Source of the DNA: Lama glama
Lineage: Eukaryota
Direction: 5' to 3'
DNA length: 64,000 bases
Assembly: GCA_028534125.1 (NCBI GenBank)
Contig: CM052817.1
Span: 14,944,001-15,008,000, forward strand
Under the pieces are notes generated by a model. It did no database searches. It was not told the origin of the DNA and saw only the letters and a list, made by a program, of their open reading frames with translations. A program made the translations under genes and the position numbers. Each line of letters opens with the position of its first letter. The stretch's first letter is position 1. Below are positions 1-12,300 of this stretch, piece by piece.

Positions 1-1064
1 TCTTAAAAAAAAGAAAAACAAACTAGATATTCTAATGATATAATATTGTTGAAGAAAGATTTCCCATAGACTATGACGTGCTTGAGTGGACTGGCTACTC
101 CTTGGGCTTGCTGCACAGTGCCTTCATTCTAGAGATTTCTGCTGCTGAATTTCTCATTTCCTGGATCCTAGATCTTTATCTTTCTTGGTTTACATCATTG
201 TTTTGGAAAAATTTATCCTCCAGTAATATCCAATGAGAGGCAAAATTCTTTCCAATATCCAGTGAGAGTGCTTGTATGTCTGCTAAAATCTTTTTCCACT
301 CTCACATTTAATTAGCGGTTTGAGAGCTGAGTTGTGGTTACAAATATTGAGTCATAACTTGGAGTCAAGCTACTTGTTTTGTTGTCGCTTTCCTAGGCAG
401 AGCTTGTTTCTTGTTTATTCTGGCACAAGGTGTGGAGTCCTTGTGCTGTCAGACTTACGTGAGCATCTAAACATAGGCTGCCCACCTTTGGTGAGCTTTA
501 CTCTTTGCTTCTTTTCGCTCTTGTCCTCCACGGCCATTAAAATGGAAGCTCACATCACCTGGGCTTCTCAGATGCTCTCAGGACAGAGGCCTGTATCACT
601 CCTCACTGATGCCTCTGAATTACATGTCTCACTTTGTTTTGAGGTTGCCTAGCATCCTGCCAGATCAATGGCACATTTAAAATATATGGTTCCTGTATTT
701 CACCCAGCAATCATAATTGTTTGAAGGATAGCTCAAGATATGTAGTCTCCCTGGAAATGGTAATCTTATTCCTCATAAAGAACAAACTTTTAAAATGTGG
801 ATGTAATTTTATCCTGAGAAAATCCCTGTTGAACAAACAAGTTATTAATATCATTCATCCAGGAAAATGTACATTCAAGTTCTAATAGTAATGGTCACTA
901 TATATTTTTTAATCAAAATTTCAATTATAATGGTTAATTTTCAAGTCATATTCTAGTTTCTCACAGAAACATGATTGCTTAGATATGCTTCATCTAGCTA
1001 GTGTACAGCTAGAATGAGCTACTGCACATAAGTACATTTTCCTGCTAACTGACATTTACTTCTT

Positions 1065-1370
1065 TATTATTTATTTATATTGAAGTATAGTTGATTTACG
1101 ATGTTGTGTTAGTTTTTGGTGTACAGCATAGTGATTCAGTTTTATATATATATGTAGGTTATTACAAGATATTGAATGTAGTTCCCTGTGCTATACAGTA
1201 GGATCCTGTTGTTTACCTATTTTATATATAGTAGTTTGTATCTGCTAGCCCCAAACTCCTAATTTATCCCTCCCCACCCTTTCCCCTTTGGTAACCATAA
1301 GTTTGTTTTCTATGTCTGTGAGTCTCTTTCTGTTTTGTAAATAAGTTCATTTGTATCACTTTTTTTGGAT
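1065..1370 (-). mobile_element. 5'-truncated L1 3' end (artiodactyl/camelid type) with TSD
   Basis: ttgaagtatagttgatttac...gtacagcatagtgattcagt...tccctgtgctatacagtagga is an antisense L1 3' UTR. TSD is gacatttacttctt (1051-1064) / gatatttacttctt (1371-1384), followed by AAA. Confidence 0.9.
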
Positions 1371-1514
1371 GATATTTACTTCTTAAAGTTGTCAAAACTT
1401 GTTTTAAGCACTTTAGATGGAGTGTTTTCCAAAATGTGTAAGTTGTTAGGTTTTGTAAATTGAGTAGCATGGGCGTCAGTTGACTCTTCCTTGATCAGTC
1501 AGTCCTTATTACTA

Positions 1515-1623
1515 AGAGCAGCATGGTCCAGCGGAAGGACTTGGACATCAACATTAGACAGATCTAGAGATGCATCTTGATTCTACTACTTAATAAGAGT
1601 GTGATCTTAGGTAAGTCACTCAT
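1515..1623 (+). mobile_element. MIR SINE fragment, interrupted by the MER63-like element
   Basis: MIR-like core ...ctactacttaataagagtgtgatcttaggtaagtcact; a degraded continuation appears after 2534. Confidence 0.65.
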
Positions 1624-2534
1624 CAGTGATGTGGTGAAATCAGCTTATAGTGACTCACCAGTGCCTGTTAAGTTTTCAGTAATTTTATGAGCTGATTCTT
1701 ATACACAACCAGCACTAAAAATTCAACTATATAAACTTGTAAGTAAATAATTTGGATTAGAAACAAAGGTAATAAATGCTCAAAATCACTATTCCCTAAT
1801 TATTTTACTACTTTTTTTTTATTAGTTATGCCCTTAAGTTTATTTAGATTTCTGGTATCTGTATAGAAGAAATACTGTATGATGTGTTCATCTTTTCACG
1901 ACTCTGCCTTCAGTGCTATCCCATTGGTTCCCTGAAACTGGTCATGTGGAGTGTTTACACCAAAGAAATTGGCAAGTGCTTATAATTCAGTATTTGATTT
2001 ATTGTCTTGTTGGTTGTCTGGACCTAAGAAAGTGATAGAGAAAATATTAATAATGCAGAGTAAATGTATGTGTGTCAGGTCTGTAACTGTCACATTTTGA
2101 GTAGACAAAAGATTCTGGGCAATATTTTACCAGTGTTTGAGAACTGTTGTCCAATTCGGCAAAGAAGTTGCTCAATGTCACTGATAAACAAGTGAAATTC
2201 TGGTATATCTTTGTAATTTTCTTTTCAATGTGCCTGATAATTTAAGCAAAGACATTTGTCAACAGTTACGTAAGTGATAAATACTCCCATTTGTTAGGTT
2301 GTATATCGTAGGTTGGCTACCAATGTAAGAATCTGGCAAAAATGTAAACAAGCATTCTATGAGAGTCAGTTGGCTGTATAGAATTTACAGTAAAGAGCAT
2401 TGCATATTATTATTTGGAAATTGTATATTACACACCCCTTATATCAGTAAAGTTTATAATAAACACATATATACATATAGGTATATACCTTTTAAAACAT
2501 ATAGCCAGTTGTTAATATTTATAGCACACCATTG
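1624..2534. mobile_element. MER63-like hAT-Blackjack non-autonomous DNA transposon, near full length
   Basis: Ends are CAGTGATGTGGTG... and ...GCACACCATTG (imperfect TIRs). Internal segments such as aaacaaaggtaataaatgctcaaaa and gttggctgtatagaatttacagtaaagag match the MER63 consensus as recalled. Confidence 0.8.
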
Positions 2535-3304
2535 CCTAAGATCTTTAAGATTAAGCTTCTTCATTAATTTTAAATAAATTATCCAAAGCTATGAGCACCA
2601 TGCTTGACCAAAATTGTAGTTTACTATTCACACCTATTTCCTTCTAAGATTGAAGACCAGTATTTTTTTCTCCCTCCCTCTAAACCCCATATATAGACAT
2701 AACTTGAGAGCCATTGGGATATACAAAAATTTTGCTTCTATGACATGGCTCCAGAGTACAGTCAGCTTTATTATTCATGATTTCTTTGTGCAGATCTTTG
2801 GTACCCTACCTTGACATCAACTGTCATTTTTGCTTTTGTCAGATCTCCTCCTTTTAATAGCCTCTCCTGTCTCCCCAGGGTTCCGTTCCATAAGGTACAG
2901 CCCATCTTGTCTTTTTGCTGGTCTGGAGACTACACTTAATCGTATTAAAACTGTGCACTAGGTATGGGTACATAGATGCTAAGTGAGGACCTAAAGGGCT
3001 TTCTTGTAATTGCTTTAGTCTACTTGATTCTAGCTGTGACCTCTTTTCTTACATGAAAGTCATTATGAACTATTTTGGGTATAAAAACAGGATTGTGTAT
3101 AAAGTAATCAACAGCTGTTAGCCCACTTAAGGAATGAAACACATACCTCCCTTTTCTCCCCAAAGGGAACCACTAGCCTGAATTGATCACCCCCAGACAT
3201 GTCGTTACACATTTACTTCATACGTATCTGTTCAGAAAATCCAGGGATTGTTTCACATATTTTAAATATATAAAATATGATAAATGTACTATATATATTC
3301 TCTT

Positions 3305-3720
3305 AAAATTAATAGCCTTTATATTTTGGAGCAACTTTAGGTTTATAGAAAAATTGAGCAGAAATTAGAGTTCTCATGTATCTCACTACCCCAGTTTCCC
3401 CTACTATTAACATCTAGCATTCATGTGGGATATTTGTTACAGGTGGTGGGTGAATATTGATACAATATTATTAATAAAGTTCATAGTTTATGGCTGTTGA
3501 CAAATAGATAATGTCTTGTATCCACCATGATGGTATCACACAGAATACAGCTGACCTTTCAACAATATGAGGGTTAGGGCACCGAACCACTGCACAGGGT
3601 AAAATCCGCATACAATTTTAGCACTTTCACTGCCCTAAAACTCTCCTGTGCTCCATGTCTTCATTCCTGCATACATCCTTTGGAATCTTGATTTTTTTTG
3701 TTTGTTTAACATTATAGTTT
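3305..3720 (-). mobile_element. Old L1 (L1MC-like) 3' fragment carrying a Tigger insertion
   Basis: gagcaactttaggtttatagaaaaattgagcagaaa...tttcccctactattaacatc resembles an antisense L1MC 3' end. Confidence 0.7.
3548..3620. mobile_element. Tigger2/MER8-like TcMar terminal fragment
   Basis: ta|CAGCTGACCTTTCAACAA...gggttagggcacc...aaaatccgcatacaa resembles the CAGTTGACCCTTGAACAA Tigger2 end and is preceded by TA. Confidence 0.6.
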
Positions 3721-3726
3721 TAAGGA

Positions 3727-3958
3727 TGTCATAGTCCATTTGGACTGCTATAACAAAAAACCATAAATTTGGGGGTTCATAGGCAACAAACATTTATTTC
3801 GCACAGTTCTGGGTGCTGGAAATTGGGGATTAGGATGCCAGCCAGCATGGTCCTCTTATGCATCACAGACTTCTTGGATTCTCACGTGGCAGCGGGAGCT
3901 AGGGAATGCTAGGGGTTCTCCCTTTAGGAGCCCTAATTTCATTCTTGAGGGCTCCACT
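3727..3958 (-). mobile_element. MLT1A-like MaLR LTR running into the gap
   Basis: tgtcatagtccatttggactgctataacaaaa...catttatttcgcacagttctgg is the reverse complement of an MLT1 3' end. Confidence 0.8.
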
Positions 3959-4458
3959 NNNNNNNNNNNNNNNNNNNNNNNNNNNNNNNNNNNNNNNNNN
4001 NNNNNNNNNNNNNNNNNNNNNNNNNNNNNNNNNNNNNNNNNNNNNNNNNNNNNNNNNNNNNNNNNNNNNNNNNNNNNNNNNNNNNNNNNNNNNNNNNNNN
4101 NNNNNNNNNNNNNNNNNNNNNNNNNNNNNNNNNNNNNNNNNNNNNNNNNNNNNNNNNNNNNNNNNNNNNNNNNNNNNNNNNNNNNNNNNNNNNNNNNNNN
4201 NNNNNNNNNNNNNNNNNNNNNNNNNNNNNNNNNNNNNNNNNNNNNNNNNNNNNNNNNNNNNNNNNNNNNNNNNNNNNNNNNNNNNNNNNNNNNNNNNNNN
4301 NNNNNNNNNNNNNNNNNNNNNNNNNNNNNNNNNNNNNNNNNNNNNNNNNNNNNNNNNNNNNNNNNNNNNNNNNNNNNNNNNNNNNNNNNNNNNNNNNNNN
4401 NNNNNNNNNNNNNNNNNNNNNNNNNNNNNNNNNNNNNNNNNNNNNNNNNNNNNNNNNN
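3959..4458. other. Assembly gap (500 N)
   Basis: Run of exactly 500 N; the round length suggests a placeholder size. Confidence 0.99.
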
Positions 4459-4529
4459 AAAACAACGCAGCGGAGACACAAAAACTTGAAATAATATGTA
4501 ACTGAGCTTGCATTCCAGTTTTGCATGTA

Positions 4530-4700
4530 ATTCAATGAGGGGCCTTTGGCAAACTGGTCAACCTCCTGAACGCTCAGTTTGTTCATCTGTGAAAACGGGG
4601 TATCACGTTCCCTGGCAGTGCTGTGAAGATTCCATTTCATAAGTGATTGTGTTAAACACCCCTGGCAATACCTGGCACGTAGTTGGCCTTCAACCAATGG
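4530..4700 (+). mobile_element. MIR SINE
   Basis: ctcagtttgttcatctgtgaaaacgggg...cctggcacgtag. Confidence 0.75.
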
Positions 4701-5389
4701 AGATTATTATTGTTACAAAATACACCCTCAAGAATATATTTATCACCCCAAGTTATTTTCCTTGTTATTGAAAAAACAGAATCCCAAACCTTCTTTTTTT
4801 AATTCCATCCCTCTCAAGTCTGAATTATGACAGCACATTCCACCTTGTCTGCAGTTTTCTCCATCATTCTTCTTGGGAAGCCTCTGTATGAGTGTGGTAT
4901 CATTGGCCTACTGGCTACTTACGATTGAATCTTATAGACGAGAAAGCCGCCAGGACCTGCCTCCATTCATTATTTCCACGGGAGAGGTTGCCAGATGAGG
5001 TGAAAAATCAAATCATTGGTGGCAGAAACAACCGAGTAGCTGGACTTGCTCTGCCACGTGAATTTTTGTTTAAGTTCAGGAAGTGGTGATCTTCAAAGGG
5101 TTAAGCTCCTCTCCCAAGATATGACTCTTTGTCAGAGTCATAAAATTGCCACCCGTCCTTGCTGCTCCGGAGCCAGCAGGCAAGTTTAAGTTCTTAGGGA
5201 AATACACAATAATCTGAAGGTTGCTGAGGGGGTGAGGAAGGGTGCGAAGCCAGGGGAGGCTGTTCCCCACGGGCCATACTTGAGGGTTCACCCTGCTCCT
5301 CACCCGGACTGAGTACGCGCCTGCCTTTGCTCAGCCTGGAACGGCACCATCTTTTCCTTCTTCCTGGCCAATCCTGTGCTTTGGAGTAC

Positions 5390-5600
5390 AGGAACTAGCT
5401 TGAAGTCAGGCAAGACATGGGTTTGAAACCTGGTCCTGGCACTTACAAGTTTCATGATTTGGGGAAAAATCTTAAACACACAACACTTCAGCGATCTAAT
5501 CTTTACAATGGGAATAATCAGAACCCCTGTCTTCTAAAGAATGGGGAAAAATGAATATGGTGATGCTTAGAGAGCCTCAATACGGAGTGTGGCACATGAC
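5390..5600 (+). mobile_element. MIR SINE
   Basis: gggtttgaaacctggtcctggcacttac...ctttacaatgggaataat. Confidence 0.65.
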
Positions 5601-7989
5601 GAAGGATTCTGTCAGTGATGCTAATTTTGGGGGCATCTCTGAACCTTCGGAGAATTGGGGCTGTGTCTTTTGTATAATTATATCTTCAGCCCCAAGCACC
5701 GTTTCCGTCAGATAGTGGCTGTTCTGAGCATGTTTGTTGAATGTGATTGTGTCTATCAGAGAAGAGTTAGTCAATGGATAATGGGAAATAAATGATTAAA
5801 TGATGGGGAGCTATATTTTCTTTCCCTCAAGAAATAGACCCTACACAGGGGGAAAAAAAAAAAAAAAAGCAGCCTTCTGGAAAGTTTCTGAGCCAGCCCA
5901 ACTTTCCAGTCAGATCCATGCCTGAGTTAGCACAGCGGTAGATGATTGCAGAGAAGGTTTGTTAATGACCAGCTTTAGGCTTTTAATGACAAAACCCCTC
6001 AGCAAGATGTCATCGAAGTTATTGAAGACTTCACTGAAAGTGTTGAAGCTGATGCATTGTAACGAGAAGGTTATAAATCTTGCAGCTTGGGTATACCACC
6101 AACACGAGATGCTGAGCGGAGAATCACCCTGCTGTTGTCTGTCAGCGTTCCCCCTCCCTCTCCTCTTCCCCTTCCCACGGAGAGCCGGCAAAGGAGAAAT
6201 ACATCCATTTCCCAAAGTCAGGCCTGGCAGCCACCTGCCTATGTCAATTTCAGATCACAGAGGCCCGTTTAACTGGACCAAAGGTGTTAAGCACCTGTGT
6301 TTTTCTAAATGTGCATTGAAAAAGAATCCTAAGAATTAAGGAAAGATCTCAAAGGTTGACACACTGACCTTTTGGAAAAACTCGCCAATTAAAAATCCAT
6401 TGCAAGCTCAGAACAGAGGCTCAATTACCTGAATATAGAGTCCCACTCCAGATCTATTGTTTTATTGCTTTTCAGAGTAAACCTTTCTCAACTTAGCCCA
6501 GTGGAGCAGTTCATCCCTTAGCTCATGGAGAGCTCACAGCTTTGGGTACGTGTGGGGTGGGATGTCAGATTCACTCGGGGCTGTTGCTCCTGGCTGGACT
6601 GGATGGCAGCTAGCAAAGAGGAGTCAAGGTCAGATTTGAGAAGGATGAATGAGATTTGAAGGCTTTGCACAAGAATTGTTAGTGTGTGCTAGTGTATAAG
6701 TTTGTGGAATTTGAAAAGTCATGAAGAAAATGATTTCTAATATGTTTGCATCTTAATAACCTACATACACAGACCACAGATAAACTCAGACAGCCAGAGT
6801 TTACACAGTTCACCTTAAACAGATATGCTAGATGACCTTCCTCTATTGCTTCTCCCCTGCTTCTGTTCAGCGGCATACTCTCCTTTGTCTTCCATCCCCC
6901 ATATGAAATATGGCAGAGTGGAAAGTCCACAGGGTCTGGGGTGTGAAGACTGAGTCCCGTGTTCTGATGGTGTGCTTTTGGGGAAGTTCTCATTAGGACT
7001 CTCTGCGTGTCAACTTCCTCACCTGTTCGGTGGGACTGATGCTCACTTCCATTCTGCCTAACCCAAAGTCAGCTATGAGAATAAAGTAATTAATGTATTT
7101 GCATGACCTGAACACCTTAAAATGTTAACTGTGATTTTTGTGTTTGATATAATTACTTTATACCTTAAGGACATCCATCACTCTGGCCAAAATACATAAT
7201 CTGGGTCTTAGTGTTCTCCACTGCAAAGAGAAGGGATTGGTGCTCATTATCCAGTCCTGTCAACTACAGTTTCCAGATTCCATGGGTTTTATTTTCCTGC
7301 ACATTTCTGAAGTGCTATGATGGTCAGTATAGGGGGTTTAAAGAACATGTTCTATGATCAAGTGACTGGTGGAGTCACACACACACGTTGTTGTAGTTGA
7401 GCCACTTCACCAGGCTTACCCAGGGGAGACATGTTGATGTGATCAGGAAGATACACCATTCAGCAGGCACACCCTCTTAGAAACATAGAACCTGATGCAT
7501 CTGCTTCGTGGGAACAGGTTTCATGGAGCTGTCCGTGTCAGAAAAAGCTCAGCCATAATCAGAGAATCTATCCATGTGCTTCCTGATTGGAAACCATTCT
7601 TTATCGCCTCTCTCCATAGCATTCTAGTGCGCACTCTCTGCCCCTGCAGATGGACATTCCTTTGGGCTTCTTTTTAATTCAATCCTAACTGCTTTGAGGG
7701 GATAATGACTTAAGGTCCCCCATCACCCCAGGCCCAGTGAATTTTAAGACTGCTATACAGCCTTTAAAAAATTTTTTACTACATGATTCCAAACTCACCC
7801 TCCATTTTTATGACAATCTGTCCAGTAGTTTTTTTGTGTAGAGCAGCAAACAGACATGCAATTCTATTTTTATAACTATAATAGAGACCTGTAAAATAAG
7901 GAAGTATAATTTATTTGAAAAAAAATCTATTTTTTCAATATAAAGAGTGGATTCAATAGAATCTCGAAAAAGGGGAAAAGAAGGATTTG

Positions 7990-8477
7990 ATGATTTTTTT
8001 AAATGAAATTGATGACAACATGTTGATTTGAAACATTTATATATTATAATATCATTACCACCTTAGTGTTAGCTAACACCTCTATTATGTTACAGAACTA
8101 ACATTTCCAATTTTTTTTTGGTGGTAGGAACAATTAAGATCTAGTCTCTTGGCATCTCTGAGGTTTGTAATACCGTATTGTTGACTATAATGACTACATT
8201 GTGATTAGCATTAGCTGTCCAGAACTTACTTATCTATTTATTAGTTCCCAGTTTGTACCCTTAAACAACATCTCCTCCCACCCCCAACCTCTTGTAAACA
8301 CCATTCTACTCTCAGGTTTTACAAGTTTGACTTTTTTAGATTCTACATTTGAGTGATTTTGTACTATATTTGTATTTCTATGACTTCTCACTTAGCATAA
8401 TGCCTTCAGGTTTCATCCATGGTGTTGCAAATGGCAGGATTTCCTTTTCTTCTTCTCATTGTAGAATAATAATCCAT

Positions 8478-8508
<31 letters not shown>

Positions 8509-8860
8509 CTCACAACTTCGTTATTATTCATTCATCTGTTGACCTGTTAATCATCTGTTGATGGACACTTAGGTTGTTTCCATATCTTGGTTATTGTGAA
8601 TATTCCTACAGTAAACACAAGAGTTCACATATCTCTTGGCTATCATCAAGAAGACAAGAGATAAGTGTTGGGAGGATTTGGGGGTAAGAGGACTCTTGTA
8701 CACTATTGGTAGGAATGCAAATTGTTTTAGCCACCATGGAAAACAATATAGTGGTTTCTTGAAAAATTAAAAATAGAACTACCATATGATCCAGCAATTC
8801 TACTTCTGGGTATATATCCAAAGGAAATGGAAACAGGAGTTTGAAGAGATAATGACTTTT
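7990..8860 (-). mobile_element. L1 (L1MA-like) with 5' inversion
   Basis: Antisense 3' part at about 7999-8637, then a sense-oriented ORF2 piece at about 8637-8851; degenerate TSD atgattttt / atgactttt. Confidence 0.85.
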
Positions 8861-11800
8861 GTTCACCTGTTCCAGGAGGGAGCAATGCTGGAATATTCAG
8901 GTGTTGAGAGGACTATTGGAATTGAGGGAGGGTGATGGCTCAGGTTTTCCCCCAGGGCCCAGGTGAAGGGCTCCTCACTTGAGTGTCTGCCTACATTAGC
9001 TGTTATTTCCTGATCTCCAAAATAATCCGACACCACCTGGCCTCTTAGTTATCTAAGAATTTGCTTTGAAACAAGGCTACTAGAATTGATCTTAGTGTGA
9101 TTGGCAGGGGGTGCCTGGATAACTGTGTTGAGAAGGATTCTGTCGGACAGCTGAGGGCTCAGGAGAGAAGGGGGAGAAGAGGATGGCCAGGGGTTAGCCT
9201 TCACTACTCAAGAAACTCAGGAAACTTTTGGAAAAGGATATCCCCCACTATACATGATTACACTGACATTACATCTCGTAAGTCAAAGACTTGTGAGTTC
9301 ATCAGTAGGGATTAGCTCTGGGTGCACTAAAGAAAAAATGCCTCTGGATTTGCAGTGTTGATAATTAGACCTTAAGCCGTGTTCATCTCACCAGTTCTAT
9401 GGCCTTCCTCTCTATGGTCTTATCTTCCCTACTTATAGCTTCAACATCACTTAGGGTGGACATTCACTCTACAGTGATATAAATACTGTTTCTAACAGCT
9501 TTCCCAGGCTTGTAATTGGGTAAATTACTGGTTAACTACATCCTAGATTATTTTTTCAATAGTGAGGCTGACACTGTATAGAAGAAAATCAACAATATTA
9601 TGAATAAAACATTAAAAATAGATGCCATCACTGCTCGTGGGATCCTTGCACAACTGTGGCCCTGTCACAATTCAGTTCTTGCTGAGTAAGACAATTGAAT
9701 AAATGGAACTTGAGACACACTTTGATTCTTGATATTCCTTGAAAGGAAGTGAGTAAACCATTTTAGGAGAAAATGGAAGTTATTAAAATGTATAAGCACT
9801 CATAAGCAGGAACAATGTGTAGTAAGATTTTATTCCCCATTTTTTACAGACAAAATTCTGACTAGAATGCAGTTTTGGAGTTTCAAGCTCTATACTTAGC
9901 ATTCAGTAAGTGCTCAGTAAATGTTTAATGGGTGACTGGGAGATCTGAGTCTAGATGGGCAGGAAAATGGAATTTCTCCCAGGAATTTCAATGAAATATT
10001 AGATTTATAACACCGCTTTGCTTTTTAAAGTTTTGTAAATAAATGGTAGATTATTTTTACTTATTTTGAGAATAATTTTTATGCATCAGTACTATGAATG
10101 GTTGTTAAACTTGGGTTTGCTGTGCCAATAATTGAAATCTGCGCTGAAGTGTTTTAACCTTCTTTCTAAATATGCACTTAACCTCTCTGTGCCTCAGTTT
10201 CTTCATTTAAAAATAAAAAGGTTAAACTAGTTATTCTTTTGGGATCCTTCCAGTTTAAGAATTATGTGATCCTTTAAATATTCTTTCTAGGCAGGTATGT
10301 CAAGGAGCATATTATTAGAACTCTTGATAATTTCTTAGGCTATAAAATTAAATCTAAGGAATTATAATTAATAGTCTTCTTTTAAAAAAAAAACTTTCTT
10401 CATTCTTCTCATCCAGCCACTTAATTTGAAATGTGAACACCTTTTTTACCCGGACATAAAATTAGACCTTGCTCTTCAATGAACTGTTTCTATTGATATT
10501 GATTCAGTTTCCAGGTAACATTTTCTTGACCTTCAATCTGGGTGTTTCCTCTTTGATTCATTCATATTGAAAATGAATCTTACTTTTTTTTTTCCCCTGA
10601 GAAAGTTATGCCTTGGAGTTCCAAGTCAGAAGGGTCACCTCAGATTCAAATTTAACAAAGTTACTGTGGAGGGAATAAAATCTCAGAGAGGAAGTTGAGT
10701 GAACAAATCAGTTCAAAGCATGAGAGTAAAATTCTAGCTGAACAACTTCACCACAGTTACAATCACGAGCAGTGAAATCACCTTTCAAAACACGATCATG
10801 GCAAGCACCACCTAATCTATCAAGTTTTAAGACAGTAAAGTATGATTCTCAAGCTTCACTATCAACACATAATTCAATTCAGTTAGGCAGTGCAGTAATT
10901 TTAACTTTTCTTAAATTTACCTTGAGCATGAAACTTTTGTCTCTGGGCAGGATCCTGAATTAGAAGGAGGGATAAAATTTCAGAATTACCTTCCTGCCGT
11001 AATTCTGTGTAGAGACTTCATGTATAGCAAACCTGTTTTTCTATTCTGAACTTTTGAGCAGAGACTTAACTCCAATCAGGATTCCTTTTATCTCCAGTTA
11101 CTGTTAAGGTAGCATTTTCTTCAATACAATGAAAATATCAGCCAGGTGTTAGAGATGAAAATAGTTTCTTTTGCAATAGAAAGTAATTCTTTAGGCTTAT
11201 CTGGAACTGCTGTGTACAGAGGAGGGAGGGGAAGGCCAGTCTCTTTGACGAGGGTCATCTCAGAACTGCAGAGTCCCTGTGTGTGAATGAGATTAGCTAA
11301 TGAAACAGTACGGTGGCCTGAGATGATTCTGTGCCCTTCTAAAGTTCAGCTGCATTTCCTCGTTGTTTGTGAAGTTCCATTATAGGAATCACTGCCTACT
11401 TTAAAGACTAGTGAAATCATGATGGGTGGAGGAAGAAAAGGCATCTGAGCCTTGAAGAATTCTAATTGGCATTTGTGAGCAGGTGGACAAGAAGCCCCAA
11501 GTGTCTCAGGTGAAATCATGAGTGAGTTTAGGACTAAAGAGTAGATGATGGGAGCAGAATTGTATCACATCTGTTCATGAAATAACTTCTTTCTCCCCTA
11601 ATAAGTGGAATTTATTGATTTTATAGATATAAACCAGCCTAAAATCTTAAATAATTTAAAATGACCGTGTTCTTTTACCAGTAATAGGCAAGTCAGATAT
11701 GTTTTAGAGTTTAAAATAAGTGGAAGAACACAACAGTTAGATCATTGAATAAAATATGAGCAAATTAATGTGTATTAAGTATATACATTTGCTGGTAAAT

Positions 11801-12099
11801 TATTTCATTATGTGGCTGAGGCTGTGCTTACTTAGCGTCTTAAAATATTTTCTTCCAAAGATGTTCAGGCTATGTTCTTGACCCTTTGAATGAGCAGTTG
11901 GCCTTTTGTTTAAAAAAAAAAAAATTCCATGGCTAAAGTTTGCTGCCCTCGTGAATACATGGTTGCAAGAACGGCTCTGAAAACTTCTTCAGCACGTCTG
12001 GAAAAACAAACAGTATGACCCACTGACTGTGTGTAAGTTTTATACAGACAGGAAGCAAATTTTCTGAGTACTTTTACATAACAAGGAGTTGCTTGTTTG

Positions 12100-12300
12100 G
12101 CATAGTGAAAGAGCCTATTCCTTAAAGATACAGTTCTGCCTTCAAAATCTGGCTCTGACACCCTTCCGTGTTGTATAACCTTGGACAAGTTATTCTAACT
12201 CAATGAATATCAGTTCATCATCTGTCAAGTTTTATTTCTGGTGAGGATTAATGATATCCTTCATATCCTAGCAAAATGACTGGCACAATAAATCCCCAAA
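12100..12300 (+). mobile_element. MIR SINE
   Basis: ggcatagtgaaagagc...ttcaaaatctggctctgac...accttggacaagttatt. Confidence 0.7.

Noticed and set aside
3856..4697. Four ORFs of about 200-250 aa
   Set aside because: Artefacts of translating through the N gap.
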